A DNA stretch of 63,888 bases, filler included, from Octopus bimaculoides (lineage: Eukaryota): NCBI RefSeq assembly GCF_001194135.2. It is 7 parts of 7 records of this genome, joined end to end, with 100 filler letters (N's around TTAATTAATTAA, not from the genome) between each part and the next. Parts side by side here need not be neighbours in the genome. Positions count along the whole stretch, not along the records: positions 19,409 to 41,491 come from NC_068990.1; 6 more parts are not named here. One strand, written 5' to 3'. Of the stretch, positions 23,203-36,737 are shown piece after piece (position 1 is the first letter of the stretch; the number at the start of each line of letters is the position of its first letter). The notes beneath the pieces were generated by a model, which did no database searches, was not told the origin of the DNA, and saw only the letters and a program-made list of their open reading frames with translations. Made by a program: the position numbers and the translations under genes.

Positions 23203-24175
23203 GAGAGAGATAGAGAGACAGACAGACAGACAGACTTGCCAATGAAACAAACAGTTGACGGGAGGGAGGAAGGAAGTGGTGGAGGGTTTGATGGATGGAA
23301 AAATTGACAGCTGAATCCAATGGCAAGTCTTGTAAGTAAGTAAACCAACATTTAGCAAAACCACTACCAGAGCAGCAACAGCAACTGTATCACCACCACC
23401 ACCGCCGCCGCCACTACCAGCAATAGTTTTGATAACCAGAGCAACATAAATAAATAAAATGTAATGCTGGAACAAAACATGAAGAACAGTAAAGTGGAAC
23501 AAAAGAGAATAAATCTTCGTCTGGTTAATTATTCTTGTGAATTTGTGAAGAGAATGGTCTAAATATCAATTAGAGAATTATTCTGTTTCTATGTTTCACT
23601 TTGCCTGTGGTCAGTTCAAAAGACGGAGCTTGACCGAAACGAACCTTCCTTTTCATATATCAAAGTCAACATGGAAGCGAATAAAATAAAAATAAAAATA
23701 AAACAGGAATTAGTAGGTAATTAAGAACGCTATCATTATTATTATCGTCATCACCACAGAATAACCATCACTATTTAGCAATACTAGGTGACTGTATGGT
23801 TTGTGAAGAAGTGGGCTGAAAAGCAGAAATAGACGAAACGCAATACAACGCGTTTGCTGTGAAAGTCGTTGGAACGTTATGTTATGATAATTAAGGTGTA
23901 TGTGTCTATCATCTCATTCGTAAGATGATATTGTCTGAATGATACAGCAACCACTTCTCTTAAAACACACTGAAAGATTTGGCTATAATCACAGCCACGT
24001 TTGGGAAAAGAAGAACGAATGTGAAGGCAAAGATCTTTGACAATGTATACGTATGTATATGTGTGTGTGTGCGTGTGTTTGTGTATACATACATACATAC
24101 ATACATACATATATTATTATTATTATTATTTACAGGATTGTGAAATACGGCGCCGTATAACAAAATCGTTCGCAC

Positions 24176-24528
24176 AGGCGCAGGAGTGGCTGTGTGGTAA
24201 GTAGCTTGCTTACCAACCACATGGTCACGGGTTCAGTCCCCACTGCGTGGCACCTTGGGCAAGTGTCTTCTACTATAGCCTCGGGCCGACCAAAGCCTTG
24301 TGAGTGGATTTGGTAGACGGAAACTGAAAGAAGCCCGTCGTGTGTGTATATATATATACATATATATATATACATATATATATGTATATATATATGCATA
24401 TATATATATATACATATATATATGTATATATATATATACATATATATATGTTTGTATGTCTGTGTTTGTCTCCCCCACCTAACATCGCTTGACAACTGAT
24501 GCTGGTGTGTTTACGTCCCCGTAACTTA
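24176..24528 (+). mobile_element. SINE family B, 3'-truncated
   Basis: Near-identical to 20831-21095. Confidence 0.9.
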
Positions 24529-25560
24529 GATTAAATTGGAGACAAAGACGTCTGTTATCCCCTATTGATGCACCGGTTCCTAGTATCCACATAAAAACCT
24601 TCCATAGCCGCCCTTACAAAGTGCACCAGCAAGCACTTTAAGAAGCACTGCTCTGCGAAATAAGTCTTCCAAAGTCTGTAAATATCTGTTAACTGTGAAA
24701 TTAAAAGCAAGCAAATACGTCCATAATCTCATTTATAATTGATAAACTAGAAGGATGCATAAGCGCTTCCGCTAATACACCAACACATTACCTACAGGGT
24801 TAAATGTAGGTATGTTATACCAAATAACAACACTGATGCTTGCGAATGTTATTAGTCATATATTTATGGCATTAAAGAAAGGTTAAGAAATGGATCTATC
24901 ACCTCATTAATAATTAAGGCAACTAGATAGATACAGAATCACTTTTGATAAGACATTGAGAAAATATCTATAAAAACAAAAGTATGCTTTTACAAAAAGC
25001 GTTATTAGGATGAGTGCATGTACATATTAACACTTTGGCATTAACACGGCCTCTGTCGGTGATATTTATTTTTTAATAACTCTCCTCGCTATTTGCAACA
25101 TCAGTGCCTGAAAGGTCTCTGTAATTCCGTATATCGTTTACGGTTTGGTTTGGTTGGTACACGGCAAGCGGGTACCTGTCACCGAGAATGCACAGTACGC
25201 TGAAAGCATGAGATCTGGCAGTTCCGGCGCCCATAACAGACGATTTTCGTCTGCTAACGATATATGCATGTGTGTTCTTAGCACCGTCCATTTGTACGAG
25301 AGGTTCTTTCAAGACGAATACAGCAGTATTCGGCGTTCTAACAAGACGTCCACATTGAGTAGGATATAAAGATTGCTATTTGGTATTAATACTGCTTTCG
25401 TCCCTAATATTCATAACACACACACACGCACGCACGCACACACACACACACACACACTCACACACACACACAGAGGCTCTTTCTCTGTTGTCTGTATATT
25501 TACAGATAGAACTTTGTATATATATGTACGTGTGTGTGTGTGTATATATATTGGGTGCGT

Positions 25561-25594
<34 letters not shown>

Positions 25595-25628
25595 GCGAGT
25601 GCATATGTTGGGTGTGTATGTGTGTATA

Positions 25629-25662
<34 letters not shown>

Positions 25663-26164
25663 CCTGTCTATTCACTGTATATCTTTATTTCAAAGTATAT
25701 GTATATCTATCTATACAAGACAAAAAGGGGAATGAAAGGGATCAAGGACGAAAGGTGGAGAATGTGAAACAGGAAGATAGGTAAAGAGAGAGAGAGATAG
25801 ATAGAGAGGCAGAAGGAAGAGGACAGAGCGAGATTTCTGACAGAGAATGAGAGCTAATGAAATTGAATGACATTCATAAAGTCGGCGACTTCTTAAATTT
25901 GTACACGAACATCGTTCAGTAAATTCGTGCGTTTGTTTTGACAGAAGTCAGTGTGTATATATGTGTACGTATATATACGTGTGCTCATGTGTGTATATGT
26001 TTGCGTATTTGTATATACATGAGTTCCTGTGTGTATGTGTCGTCTGCATATCAGCCTTTATGAGTCTTTTTGCGTGAGTGGTGGATGTGAGTGTCTTTAT
26101 GCAGTCTTTTTCTATCTACTTCATATTCCTTTCGTTTGTGTGTGTTGTGTTTGTGTGTGTATGT

Positions 26165-26212
<48 letters not shown>

Positions 26213-26591
26213 CGTGCGTTAATGTGTGTGTGTCAATGTGCATGTATTATAAATGATATGTCTTTATATCTTAGCACTGTATACGTGTGTGCGCGTGTGT
26301 GCATGTACCAGTTCCTACATATACGAGAGGGTCTGCGCGTTCGTTCATTTTCTTTATCATTAAAAATGGTGACAATTTTTTGTATTATGTTTGTGCGAAA
26401 ACGAACAAAACTCTTGTGTTTTGAGGCTTCTAGTCATCAATTTACTTGAAAACTTTTCATGCACAAGAGCTTATGTTTAAGATGGCGTTGGTCAAAGCAT
26501 TTCATCGCGGCATTGCCTTATTTAGTCTAAAAACTAGGAACACCACTAACTGACAAACAGAATTCGAATTTTAGTCGTACAGAGATATGAC

Positions 26592-26765
26592 TGCAGCCAG
26601 CATGGGCGATTGTTTAAGATGTTTGAATTGCAATCACGTGGTCTTGGATTTGAAACCACTGGGTAGTTGTTGAGTCTTTTACCACGGTTTCGAGTAAACT
26701 CAATTCTTGTGAGTGAACTTGGGGGAGACGGAAACACATTTGACGGATTGTACCTGTAATTCATC
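26592..26765 (+). mobile_element. Degraded tRNA/CORE-type SINE
   Basis: A/B-box-like head, CTTGTGAGTGAACTTGG..GACGGAAAC, tail TGTACCTGTAATTCA. Confidence 0.5.
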
Positions 26766-26779
26766 TAGTTCTCATCTGT

Positions 26780-26831
<52 letters not shown>

Positions 26832-27556
26832 ACACACTTAGTCGTGTTAACAAAGGGATGTGGGTTCGACTCCCACATGGATGGGAAAGCCTTCTTTTTT
26901 CTGTCGAGGGCTTATATGCCCCTTTATTGGAATATTTTCCTTAGTCATTGCACGGTGATCGTCATAAGCTTTAAGCTTATATAAAATACCATTATTATTA
27001 TTTATAGGATTGTAAATCACGGCGTCGTAATAAAAAATCCATTCGCACCGAAATATATATATATAATATATAGTATATTATAATATATGTAATCAAAACA
27101 AAGAATAAAACAAGAACGTAACAGGCGACAACGAAACATTCGGTATTGTAGGTGTTGCACAAAAAAGAACAAGAAGAAACAAGGACGGGTCATTCGAAGC
27201 TTTCTATCTTCAGTCGAGTACCAGATCGTCTTTGCAGTTTCGGCCGGTTAATCTCGAGACTGCCATAATCTGGCAGCCCCAAGGAAATCTAAACTAAGAG
27301 CACTAGATTCTTTGGAAGAAAGCAAGCGAATGTATACGAAAACAAGGACGAAAAGTAAAAAACGGAGAAATGGTACACAATTACAAATATAAACAACAGG
27401 AGATTAACAACAGGTGTCTTTCGACTAAGGACGAATTAAATTAAGCTAGCGTATGTGGAAGTGAAGCCTTACGGCAGGAACATAAGAGATGAAAGTTATG
27501 AGAAGAAATACGAAAGATGCCGCACGCCTGGTAGTCGAACCCAGAAAGAAAGGTCG

Positions 27557-27597
<41 letters not shown>

Positions 27598-28032
27598 NNN
27601 NNNNNNNNNNNNNNNNNNNNNNNNNNNNNNNNNNNNNNNNNNNNNNNNNNNNNNNTATATAACAGTCTGCTCGATTGTCGTCTGGTCGCTCGAAAGAGAT
27701 CAGTGAACCCCGAGCAGACCGTCTTTTTTTTATGCAATAAATGCACACGTGTGTGCGCACACACGTACATGTACCAATATATAACAGGCTAATAGTTTAC
27801 AGGCGATATTCCGCTTTGGCTTAAAAGAATGGAATCTACGTAAGACCAAAGTGGAAATAAGAATATTGAGCTTTTGGTTGATGATATTCTATATCTCAAT
27901 ACTCCGGATGAATGTTGTATATTTTCATACAAATTAATAGCATCCGGTGTATACTTCTTGAAAAAGTTCCTTACTCGTCAAAAGGAACTCGTCTGCTACC
28001 CAAGGACATTTTATTGCAGCATTTGTAATGCA

Positions 28033-28150
<118 letters not shown>

Positions 28151-29156
28151 ATCTATCTATCTAGTAACAGTTTCTGCTGCTTTTAAATAAAGCATATTAC
28201 TCTACCTCTGGTATTTGAGTACTCTCTTTTCCACCTTGTTGCACATTTATGTGCTTACTCCGGTGTATATATATATATATATATATATATATNNNNNNNN
28301 NNNNNNNNNNNNNNNNNNNNNNNNNNNNNNNNNNNNNNNNNNNNNNNNNNNNNNNNNNNNNNNNNNNNNNNNNNNNNNNNNNNNNNNNNNNNNNNNNNNN
28401 NNNNNNNNNNNNNNNNNNNNNNNNNNNNNNNNNNNNNNNNNNNNNNNNNNNNNNNNNNNNNNNNNNNNNNNNNNNNNNNNNNNNNNNNNNNNNNNNNNNN
28501 NNNNNNNNNNNNNNNNNNNNNNNNNNNNNNNNNNNNNNNNNNNNNNNNNNNNNNNNNNNNNNNNNNNNNNNNNNNNNNNNNNNNNNNNNNNNNNNNNNNN
28601 NNNNNNNNNNNNNNNNNNNNNNNNNNNNNNNNNNNNNNNNNNNNNNNNNNNNNNNNNNNNNNNNNNNNNNNNNNNNNNNNNNNNNNNNNNNNNNNNNNNN
28701 NNNNNNNNNNNNNNNNNNNNNNNNNNNNNNNNNNNNNNNNNNNNNNNNNNNNNNNNNNNNNNNNNNNNNNNNNNNNNNNNNNNNNNNNNNNNNNNNNNNN
28801 NNNNNNNNNNNNNNNNNNNNNNNNNNNNNNNNNNNNNNNNNNNNNNNNNNNNNNNNNNNNNNNNNNNNNNNNNNNNNNNNNNNNNNNNNNNNNNNNNNNN
28901 NNNNNNNNNNNNNNNNNNNNNNNNNNNNNNNNNNNNNNNNNNNNNNNNNNNNNNNNNNNNNNNNNNNNNNNNNNNNNNNNNNNNNNNNNNNNNNNNNNNN
29001 NNNNNNNNNNNNNNNNNNNNNNNNNNNNNNNNNNNNNNNNNNNNNNNNNNNNNNNNNNNNNNNNNNNNNNNNNNNNNNNNNNNNNNNNNNNNAATCTTGA
29101 AAGTGAATTGGAATCAACGCTGCGAATCATTCGCTCCAACGTTCTAATAACTGTCA

Positions 29157-29207
<51 letters not shown>

Positions 29208-29489
29208 GCACGTATCTGTCTACCTGCAAGCACGGGCGCGCACGCACACACACACACACACTTCCGAATTCTACACCATTGTTAGTTGTGGCTAGAAAAT
29301 ACTCGCCCAAAATGACGTTCTCTTGCAAATCGAAGTCTCAATCACAAAGCGATGCTTCGAACCTATCAATAAATTTTACTTTGAATTAAAACAAATACAA
29401 TTAAATTCAACAGCGTCAATTATGCAACAATAACTACTACTACTACTACTTCTGCAGCTGCTGCTATTGCTACTGCTGCTGCAGCCGCT

Positions 29490-29876
29490 GGTGAAGGGTC
29501 ATTAAGATAGTCCTTTCTACTGGAAGCACAAGGCCTCAAATTTGGTGGGGGGGAGGGATTAAGTCGATTACATTGTCCCCAGTGCGTTTGAAGTCAGAAC
29601 GTAAAGACAGACGAAATACCGCTAAGCACTTCGCCTGGCGTGCTAACGTTTCTGCCAGCTCGAAACTTTGAAGAAATATTCTTTTCTACTCTAAGCACAA
29701 GGCCCGAATTTTTGGGAGAGGGGGCCAACTGGTAATTACGCAACTGGTACTTAATTTATAGACCCGAAAGAATGAAAGGCAAACTTACCCTCCGCTGCAT
29801 TTGAACTCAGAACATAATGACAGACAGCTTAGCATTTCGCCCGGCGTGCTAACGATTCTGCCAGCTCGCCGCCTTA
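29490..29876 (-). mobile_element. Tandem pair of SINE family A copies (first lacks the central core)
   Basis: Two head sequences (CTGCCAGCTCG) ending near 29662 and 29876. Confidence 0.8.
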
Positions 29877-30043
29877 AAGGCCATTAAAATAATAAAAAGC
29901 GGTTTATTTAAATCTTCCCGGTTTGTTCCAAACGAAAATGTGATGGGGGGGGGGTGTAAGGGTGGTCAACGCTTTGGTGTCAGTTGAAGACTGTTTACAG
30001 AATCAGATTTGGAAATAAATAAACAAGACCATACTTACACACG

Positions 30044-30076
<33 letters not shown>

Positions 30077-30264
30077 AGCGTGTATATGTGTATGTATGAG
30101 TGTGTATGTATATACTATTTATATATTTATGTATACACACTCACACACACATGTATACATATATTTATACATGTGTGTGCGTGCGTGTGTATATATGTAT
30201 ATATGTCTTTACACATATGCATATGCATATGTGAATGTAGGTACACGTACACACAGATATTTAG

Positions 30265-30343
30265 AAAGAAGAAGAAGAAGAAGAAGAAGAAGAAGAAGAA
30301 GAAGAAGAAGAAGAAGAAGAAGAAGAAGAAGAAGAAGAAGAAG

Positions 30344-30372
<29 letters not shown>
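30265..30372. repeat. (GAA)n microsatellite, ~36 units
   Basis: Direct reading. Confidence 0.95.
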
Positions 30373-30376
<4 letters not shown>

Positions 30377-30781
30377 ATAGAAATTAAAAGACTAATTTTT
30401 TTTTTAAATGTGAGAATTAAAACCGCAGTTTCGGTTTATTATCTTTAAGAAGTATATTTGGAACGATTCTGTGGAATTGGTTAAATCTGAAGTAAAACGA
30501 CGCCAAAGCTATAAACAACAGCAGCGGCAGCAGCAACAGTGACAAAAACAACAACATTAACAAGAGTAACAAATCTACTTTCTGCATTTAAATGTTATTA
30601 AGAGGAATTTGGAGAACGTGTGTGTGTGTGTGTGTGTATGTATGCATATGTGTTTGTGTGTGTGTGTGTGTGCGTGTAGAATTTTATTAGCAAAACTAAA
30701 GAGGATATGTAATGAAACTGGAGCACTAATACGAACATTAAATGACAGCAATAATAATAATAATAATAATAATAACAATAG

Positions 30782-30812
<31 letters not shown>

Positions 30813-30819
30813 CATCATG

Positions 30820-30860
<41 letters not shown>

Positions 30861-30869
30861 GTTGATAAT

Positions 30870-31512
30870 AATAAGAGAGCTAATAATGCCGATGCTGACA
30901 AAGCCCTTACCCATCAATAGTTAATGGCTTCTGGCTTAAAATCAGAAACAGATGGGTTTATCATAGCAGCCCAAGATCAATGCCTACCTACAAGGAACTA
31001 TCAGGCCAACACATTAAAGAACGGCAGCTCCCCAACAAGTCGTGTATGTAAACAACAAAATGAAACCGTTTATCATGTTGTCTCCATGTGAAGTCTTCTT
31101 GCGCCTACAGAGTATCCCAACAGGCATGATAGAGCAGCACAATATATTCACTGGGTAATTTGCAAAATCCTGGGCCTGCCTCGTGATAAAAACTGGTGGG
31201 AACACAAACCACCTCCAGTGCTTGAAAATGATCACATCTCACTCCTCTGGAACTTCACCGTTCAAACTGACAGAAAGATAGATGCAAATAGGCCAGACAT
31301 TATATTGAAAGACTTCAGACAAAAATCATGCTTCCTCATTGATATGACTGTCCCAATCGACATAAATGTATCTGCCAAGACCTACCAAAAACTGAGCAAG
31401 TATAAAGATCTTGAAATAGAAATTGGCAAATGTGGAACCTGAAGACTAAAACAATACCTGCTGTCATAAGTGCCCATAGGAATGATAGCAAAAGGGGCTG
31501 ACTCCTACTTAT
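30870..31512 (+). mobile_element. R4/Dong-like non-LTR retrotransposon fragment (CCHC finger plus RLE)
   Basis: LKSETDGFIIAAQDQCLPTRNY, RHDRAAQYIHW, LLWNFTVQTDRKIDANRPDIILKD...LIDMTVPID...KLSKYKDLEIEI. Preceded by ATAATAATAA. Confidence 0.85.
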
Positions 31513-31514
31513 GA

Positions 31515-31850
31515 CAATGTAATTCAATGTCACTAGAACACTGTTGCTAGGACATTATTTTTCAATGTTGCTAAGGACACATCATTCTTTGTAACTGCAA
31601 CACTGTCACCTGACATAATTCAATGTTGCTACAACACTATGATTGAATGTTGTCAGGACACTATTGCTAAGGTATTTTACTAGGATACTATCGAAGTTAC
31701 TGTGACACTATCATGCTATAACACTATCATTTAATGATGTTATGACGCTATAAATTCAACGTTACTTGAAGATTATCTTTCAATTTTGCTACAACACTAT
31801 CATTTAATGCTGCTAGGACTCTATCTTTCAATGCTGCTAGGAGACACTCC
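31515..31850. repeat. Degenerate ~24-bp minisatellite (ACACTATCATTTAATGTTGCTAGG-like)
   Basis: Recurrent ACACTATC and CAATGTTGCTA(G/C) words. Confidence 0.6.
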
Positions 31851-32756
31851 TCCATTATAAGCTGGTGTTCCGTTTGACGAAGGAATTAAAAACATCTATA
31901 ACCAATTCGGAGAATGGCGTTTTGACAGACAAAAGTCTGGTACAGCCCATGATCCGCCTTTACAGAAGTGTATACATTTAACGATATACATCTTAGATAT
32001 AAACTTATAATATTTTATTACAGCGGTTCATAACACCAGCACTGTAGTCTGAATGGACTTGAAACGAATTAAAGTAAAATAAAGTGAACTGATATCAAAT
32101 CAAATAAAAACGATATGAGAAATAGTAATGGTCGCTCAGTAAGACACAAGCAATGATAAGACGCGGATTATATTGCTAATGCGTTATGTTCTATCCATTG
32201 GTTGCAGACGATGGCGGGAGCGCGACTGAGTTTGGGCGGTAAAACAATCTTCGAATGATATAGATGTGTGTTTGTTTAGAGTATTTTGTGAATACACTCA
32301 GCCATGCGTATGGGTACTTGCAAATATGTACATATATATATACACACATACACCAAGCAATCAGTCGGATGCGTGTGCACACATGCGCATGCGCCATGCA
32401 CATACACACATGCGCATAGGCATAAGGACGCCATACGCTTACACGCATGTATATACATTATACAAGCATTTTATTATTTTTTTTCTGTGAATAAGCTTTC
32501 CTTATGTAAGCAACAGTGTGTGTGTGAAATTATATACAAAAATAGCTGAACATTAAATTCAAGTATCAGTGGACACGTTTTTTTATCGAGTACTACATTA
32601 ATTGTCTTTATATTTACAAGGAAAACGTTGACAGTAGCTCCGAAGCTGCAGCTTTACACAACCCCCACCCACCCACACGCACGCACACATATATGTCTAT
32701 ATATGTGTGCGTACGTATATATATATATATATATACATAGAGAGAGAGAGATATAA

Positions 32757-32851
<95 letters not shown>

Positions 32852-32899
32852 CATACATACATTTGTGTGTTTGTGCTTGTCCCCCCCCCNNNNNNNNNN

Positions 32900-32944
<45 letters not shown>

Positions 32945-32949
32945 CATAC

Positions 32950-33150
32950 ATACATTTGTGTGTTTGTGCTTGTCCCCCCCCCCACCATCGCATGACACCG
33001 ACGTTGGTGTGTTTACGTCACCTTTCAGTAAAAGACCCTGATAGAATAAGTACCAGGCTTACAAAGAATAAGTCCTGGGGTCGATTTGTTCAACTAAAGG
33101 CGGTGCTCCAGCATGACCGCAGTCAATTGACTGAAACAAGCAAAAGAGTA
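32950..33150 (+). mobile_element. SINE family B 3' half
   Basis: GATAGAATAAGTACCAGGCTTACAAAGAATAAGTCCTGGGGTCGATTTG...GACTGAAACAAG. Confidence 0.85.
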
Positions 33151-33702
33151 AAAGATTCCTTATATATATATATATAATATACATATGTATATATAATATA
33201 CATTAGTCAACAGATGAAGTCCAGAGAATCTCAGTATAAAAGATACTTAATAATACTCAAAAGATTCAAACTGAGATTCTGATATCTTATCTGGGGATCG
33301 ATTCCATAGGAATGGCTACAAGAGGGATGAAGTTGAGCGAATATAGAGACAATTATGCAGACAAGCAAATTAGACATTAAATAACATTAAGATCTGTAGT
33401 GTAAGATCTTCTCTCCCCTGATGACGGAGGCTCGTCTTAGCCAATGTTGATTGGTTCCATTACGGCTGCATATTGTATTGAATTACATCTACCAACATTA
33501 TGATGGATAACTTAGCCCCCCCCCCGAAACAGCTGTTGGATTTATAACAGCTTTAATTTTCTCTGTCGTTTGTACTCTAAGTTGGATCTATTGATATAAA
33601 TATCCCTTTATTTATACTTGAATATTCATTGTCTAAAAGTCTCCCCTTTTTGCTTTCTCTTGTTGTGTATGTATACATATATACATATTTCGGTGTGTCA
33701 TT

Positions 33703-33748
33703 ACCGACTCTGATGTCCCAAAAGTGTTGGGCGAAACGGTCAGTCTGT
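33703..33748 (+). ncRNA. Type I hammerhead motif, degenerate at A9
   Basis: ACCGACT/AGTCTGT stem I (6 of 7 pairs); CTGATGT; CCCAA-AAGTG-TTGGG; C; GAAACGGTC. Confidence 0.55.
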
Positions 33749-34124
33749 AGTCGAACAGTTTGTCCAATGTACGAGGAAAAGCCAAAACAGCAGAGGATGC
33801 AGTAAATCAGGTTCCTAGCGGTGCAGAGTCGATGGCGTGGAAGAAGCTGTTGTGTGTACAGCTGAACACAGTCTTCGTTCTACTCTTTCCTTCTTTCTCT
33901 CTTCATTTCTATCTTTTTTGTTTTTTTATTGTTGCTCTTCATTTTTTTTCCTGCTACTTTCCTTCCTTTTCTTCTTTTCTCTTTTCCCTCTTCTTTTCTC
34001 TTTTCGCTCTTCCTTTCTTTCCTCCCGTTTGTCAAACTTTCTTTCACTTTCTTCCTGCCGTCACCCTTTGACTAATAAACTGTATATAAATGTGCCAAGG
34101 ATTCTGTCAGCTTGAAAAAATATT

Positions 34125-34337
34125 CTTTTCTACTCTAGGCACAAGGCCCGAAATTTTGGGGGAGGGGACCAGTCGATTAGATCGACCCCAGTGCACAGAG
34201 GGCACTTAATTTATCAACCCCGAAAGGATGAAAGGCAAAGTCGACCTCGGCGGAATTTGAACTCAGATGTAACGGCAAACGAAATACCGATCATAATCTC
34301 GCCCGGCGTGCTAACGATTCTGCCAGCTCCTCCCCCT
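34125..34337 (-). mobile_element. SINE family A, CpG-rich copy
   Basis: CCCCGAAAGGATGAAAGGCAAAGTCGACCTCGGCGGAATTTGAACTCAG. Confidence 0.9.
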
Positions 34338-34624
34338 TAGACCAGAATAAAATATTGTTAATCTCTAACACTGGATTGAGTTCACATTTTTCCGACAATA
34401 AATAGGAAATCTATACATTCATACGTACACATATACGCATACGTATATATATGATTGCATATGCTATATATCCTCACATACACGCGCGCGCGCGCGGCCA
34501 CATATTATATATACATACATTCCTACATATACACATATACGTAATGCGTATATTCGTATATATACATTATTTTTTATTATTATTTATTTCAGTCATTTGA
34601 CTGCGGTCATGCTGGAGTACCCCC

Positions 34625-34698
<74 letters not shown>

Positions 34699-34794
34699 TA
34701 TAAATATCTCACTAGGTGAATAAATATACGTGACATACATAATATAATCGAAACAATGATTTTGACCTCAAGATTCGTGAGTCAGGGACGCAAG

Positions 34795-34823
34795 CTGAAG
34801 ATGATGATGGCGATGATGATGAC

Positions 34824-34870
<47 letters not shown>

Positions 34871-35363
34871 CGATGATGATGATGATGAAGATTTTTCTTT
34901 ACTCTAACCATGAAAATACCGATGAACGTCATCAATATTTTGTGTTTCACACAGGGAGGTGGCGGCGGCGGCGGTGCCGGTGTCGGCAGTGGTTGTGGTG
35001 GCGGCGGTGGTAGTGGTGGTGGTGGTGGTGGTATTTGATAGCGGTAATAGTGGTGATGATGACGATAGTAATGGTGGTGATGATAACGTTTATGGAGATG
35101 ATGATGACGATGATGATGGTGTTAGTGTTGAGTTTAGGTGATGAAGGTGGTGGTGGTGGTGGTGGTGGTGGTGATGTCGATGTATGATAACGATGATGTC
35201 AACGATGAAGCTGCTGCTGCGACTCCCGCCGCCGCCGCCGCCGCTGCTAGTGATGACGATGATGGTGGAGGTGATAGACGACGAACGACAATGACGGCAG
35301 CAACGGCCATAACTGTGACGCCGAAAACACATTTCACCCCCGCCCCTCGAAAATACAAGCATT

Positions 35364-35396
<33 letters not shown>

Positions 35397-35600
35397 TCAA
35401 CAAATACAATAACTATGACAACAGCATCAACAACAAGAGAAGCAGTAGCGGAGGCAATATCAACGCTGAAAACAATTGGAACACCACCACCACCAACAAC
35501 AGTAACAACAACAACAACAGCAGTAATAAAAATAACAACAATGACAACAATTGCAAGAACAAATACAACAAACAATCCAACAACAACGACAACAACAACA
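34795..35600. repeat. Compound trinucleotide tract (GAT, GGT, GCC, CAA)
   Basis: Direct reading. Confidence 0.85.
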
Positions 35601-35889
35601 ACGAAAGGTAATAAAGTAACAAGAAATAAGTCATGAGATGCTGATTAAAAATGGAGGGAAAATAAAAGATAAAAAAAACACACACACAAAAAGAAGCGAA
35701 GAAATGAAGAAAACAAAATGGAAGATATGGCGTGAGATGCACCGAATAACCTTGCCAATTGCTTTGAGAAACAGTAAGTATGCCATTGTGTGTATGTCTA
35801 TATATAAATGTGTGTGAATGTGAATGTGTGTGTGTGTGCGTGAATCGATGTGCCAGTGTATCACATATATATGTATGCATATGTGTTGA

Positions 35890-35921
<32 letters not shown>

Positions 35922-35963
35922 CTTACACACACACACACACAAACATGTGTGTATATATGTATG

Positions 35964-35997
<34 letters not shown>

Positions 35998-36701
35998 TGT
36001 ATGTATGTACGTATGTATGTATGTATGCATGTGTGTCAGTATAACTATATTTATGTATGTATGAATATAAATGTATGTATGTATGTATGTATGTATGTAT
36101 GTATGAATGTATGTATGTATGTATGTTTGTATGTATGTATGTATGCGTACATGTGGATGGTATAGTAGGGAGCGAGGAGAGCGGGATGCTGTGATGAGAA
36201 GTTAGAAAGAAGAGTATAAGTAGGGGGGGGNNNNNNNNNNNNNNNNNNNNNNNNNNNNNNNNNNNNNNNNNNNNNNNNNNNNNNNNNNNNNNNNNNNNNN
36301 NNNNNNNNNNNNNNNNNNNNNNNNNNNNNNNNNNNNNNNNNNNNNNNNNNNNNNNNNNNNNNNNNNNNNNNNNNNNNNNNNNNNNNNNNNNNNNNNNNNN
36401 NNNNNNNNNNNNNNNNNNNNNNNNNNNNNNNNNNNNNNNNNNNNNNNNNNNNNNNNNNNNNNNNNNNNNNNNNNNNNNNNNNNNNNNNNNNNNNNNNNNN
36501 NNNNNNNNNNNNNNNNNNNNNNNNNNNNNNNNNNNNNNNNNNNNNNNNNNNNNNNNNNNNNNNNNNNNNNNNNNNNNNNNNNNNNNNNNNNNNNNNNNNN
36601 NNNNNNNNNNNNNNNNNNNNNNNNNNNNNNNNNNNNNNNNNNNNNNNNNNNNNNNNNNNNNNNNNNNNNNNNNNNNNNNNNNNNNNNNNNNNNNNNNNNN
36701 N

Positions 36702-36733
<32 letters not shown>

Positions 36734-36737
<4 letters not shown>

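Noticed and set aside
23815-23860. CTGAAAA...GAAACGC/GCGTTT as a hammerhead
   Set aside because: G8 missing, no stem I, weak stem II.
26865-26885. ATGTGGG-TTCGACT-CCCACAT as a tRNA gene (likewise other A/B-box heads)
   Set aside because: Only a T-arm-like hairpin; no cloverleaf. These are SINE heads.
27185-27225. Minus-strand CTGAAGA...GAAT...GTC as a hammerhead
   Set aside because: GAAA not intact; stems I and II do not pair.
32700-32975. Tandem duplication around a 10-N gap
   Set aside because: Identical sequence on both sides of a gap; probable contig overlap artefact.
34756-35636. Poly-M/H/N/T/V ORFs as low-complexity proteins
   Set aside because: Patchwork trinucleotide repeats open in several frames on both strands.
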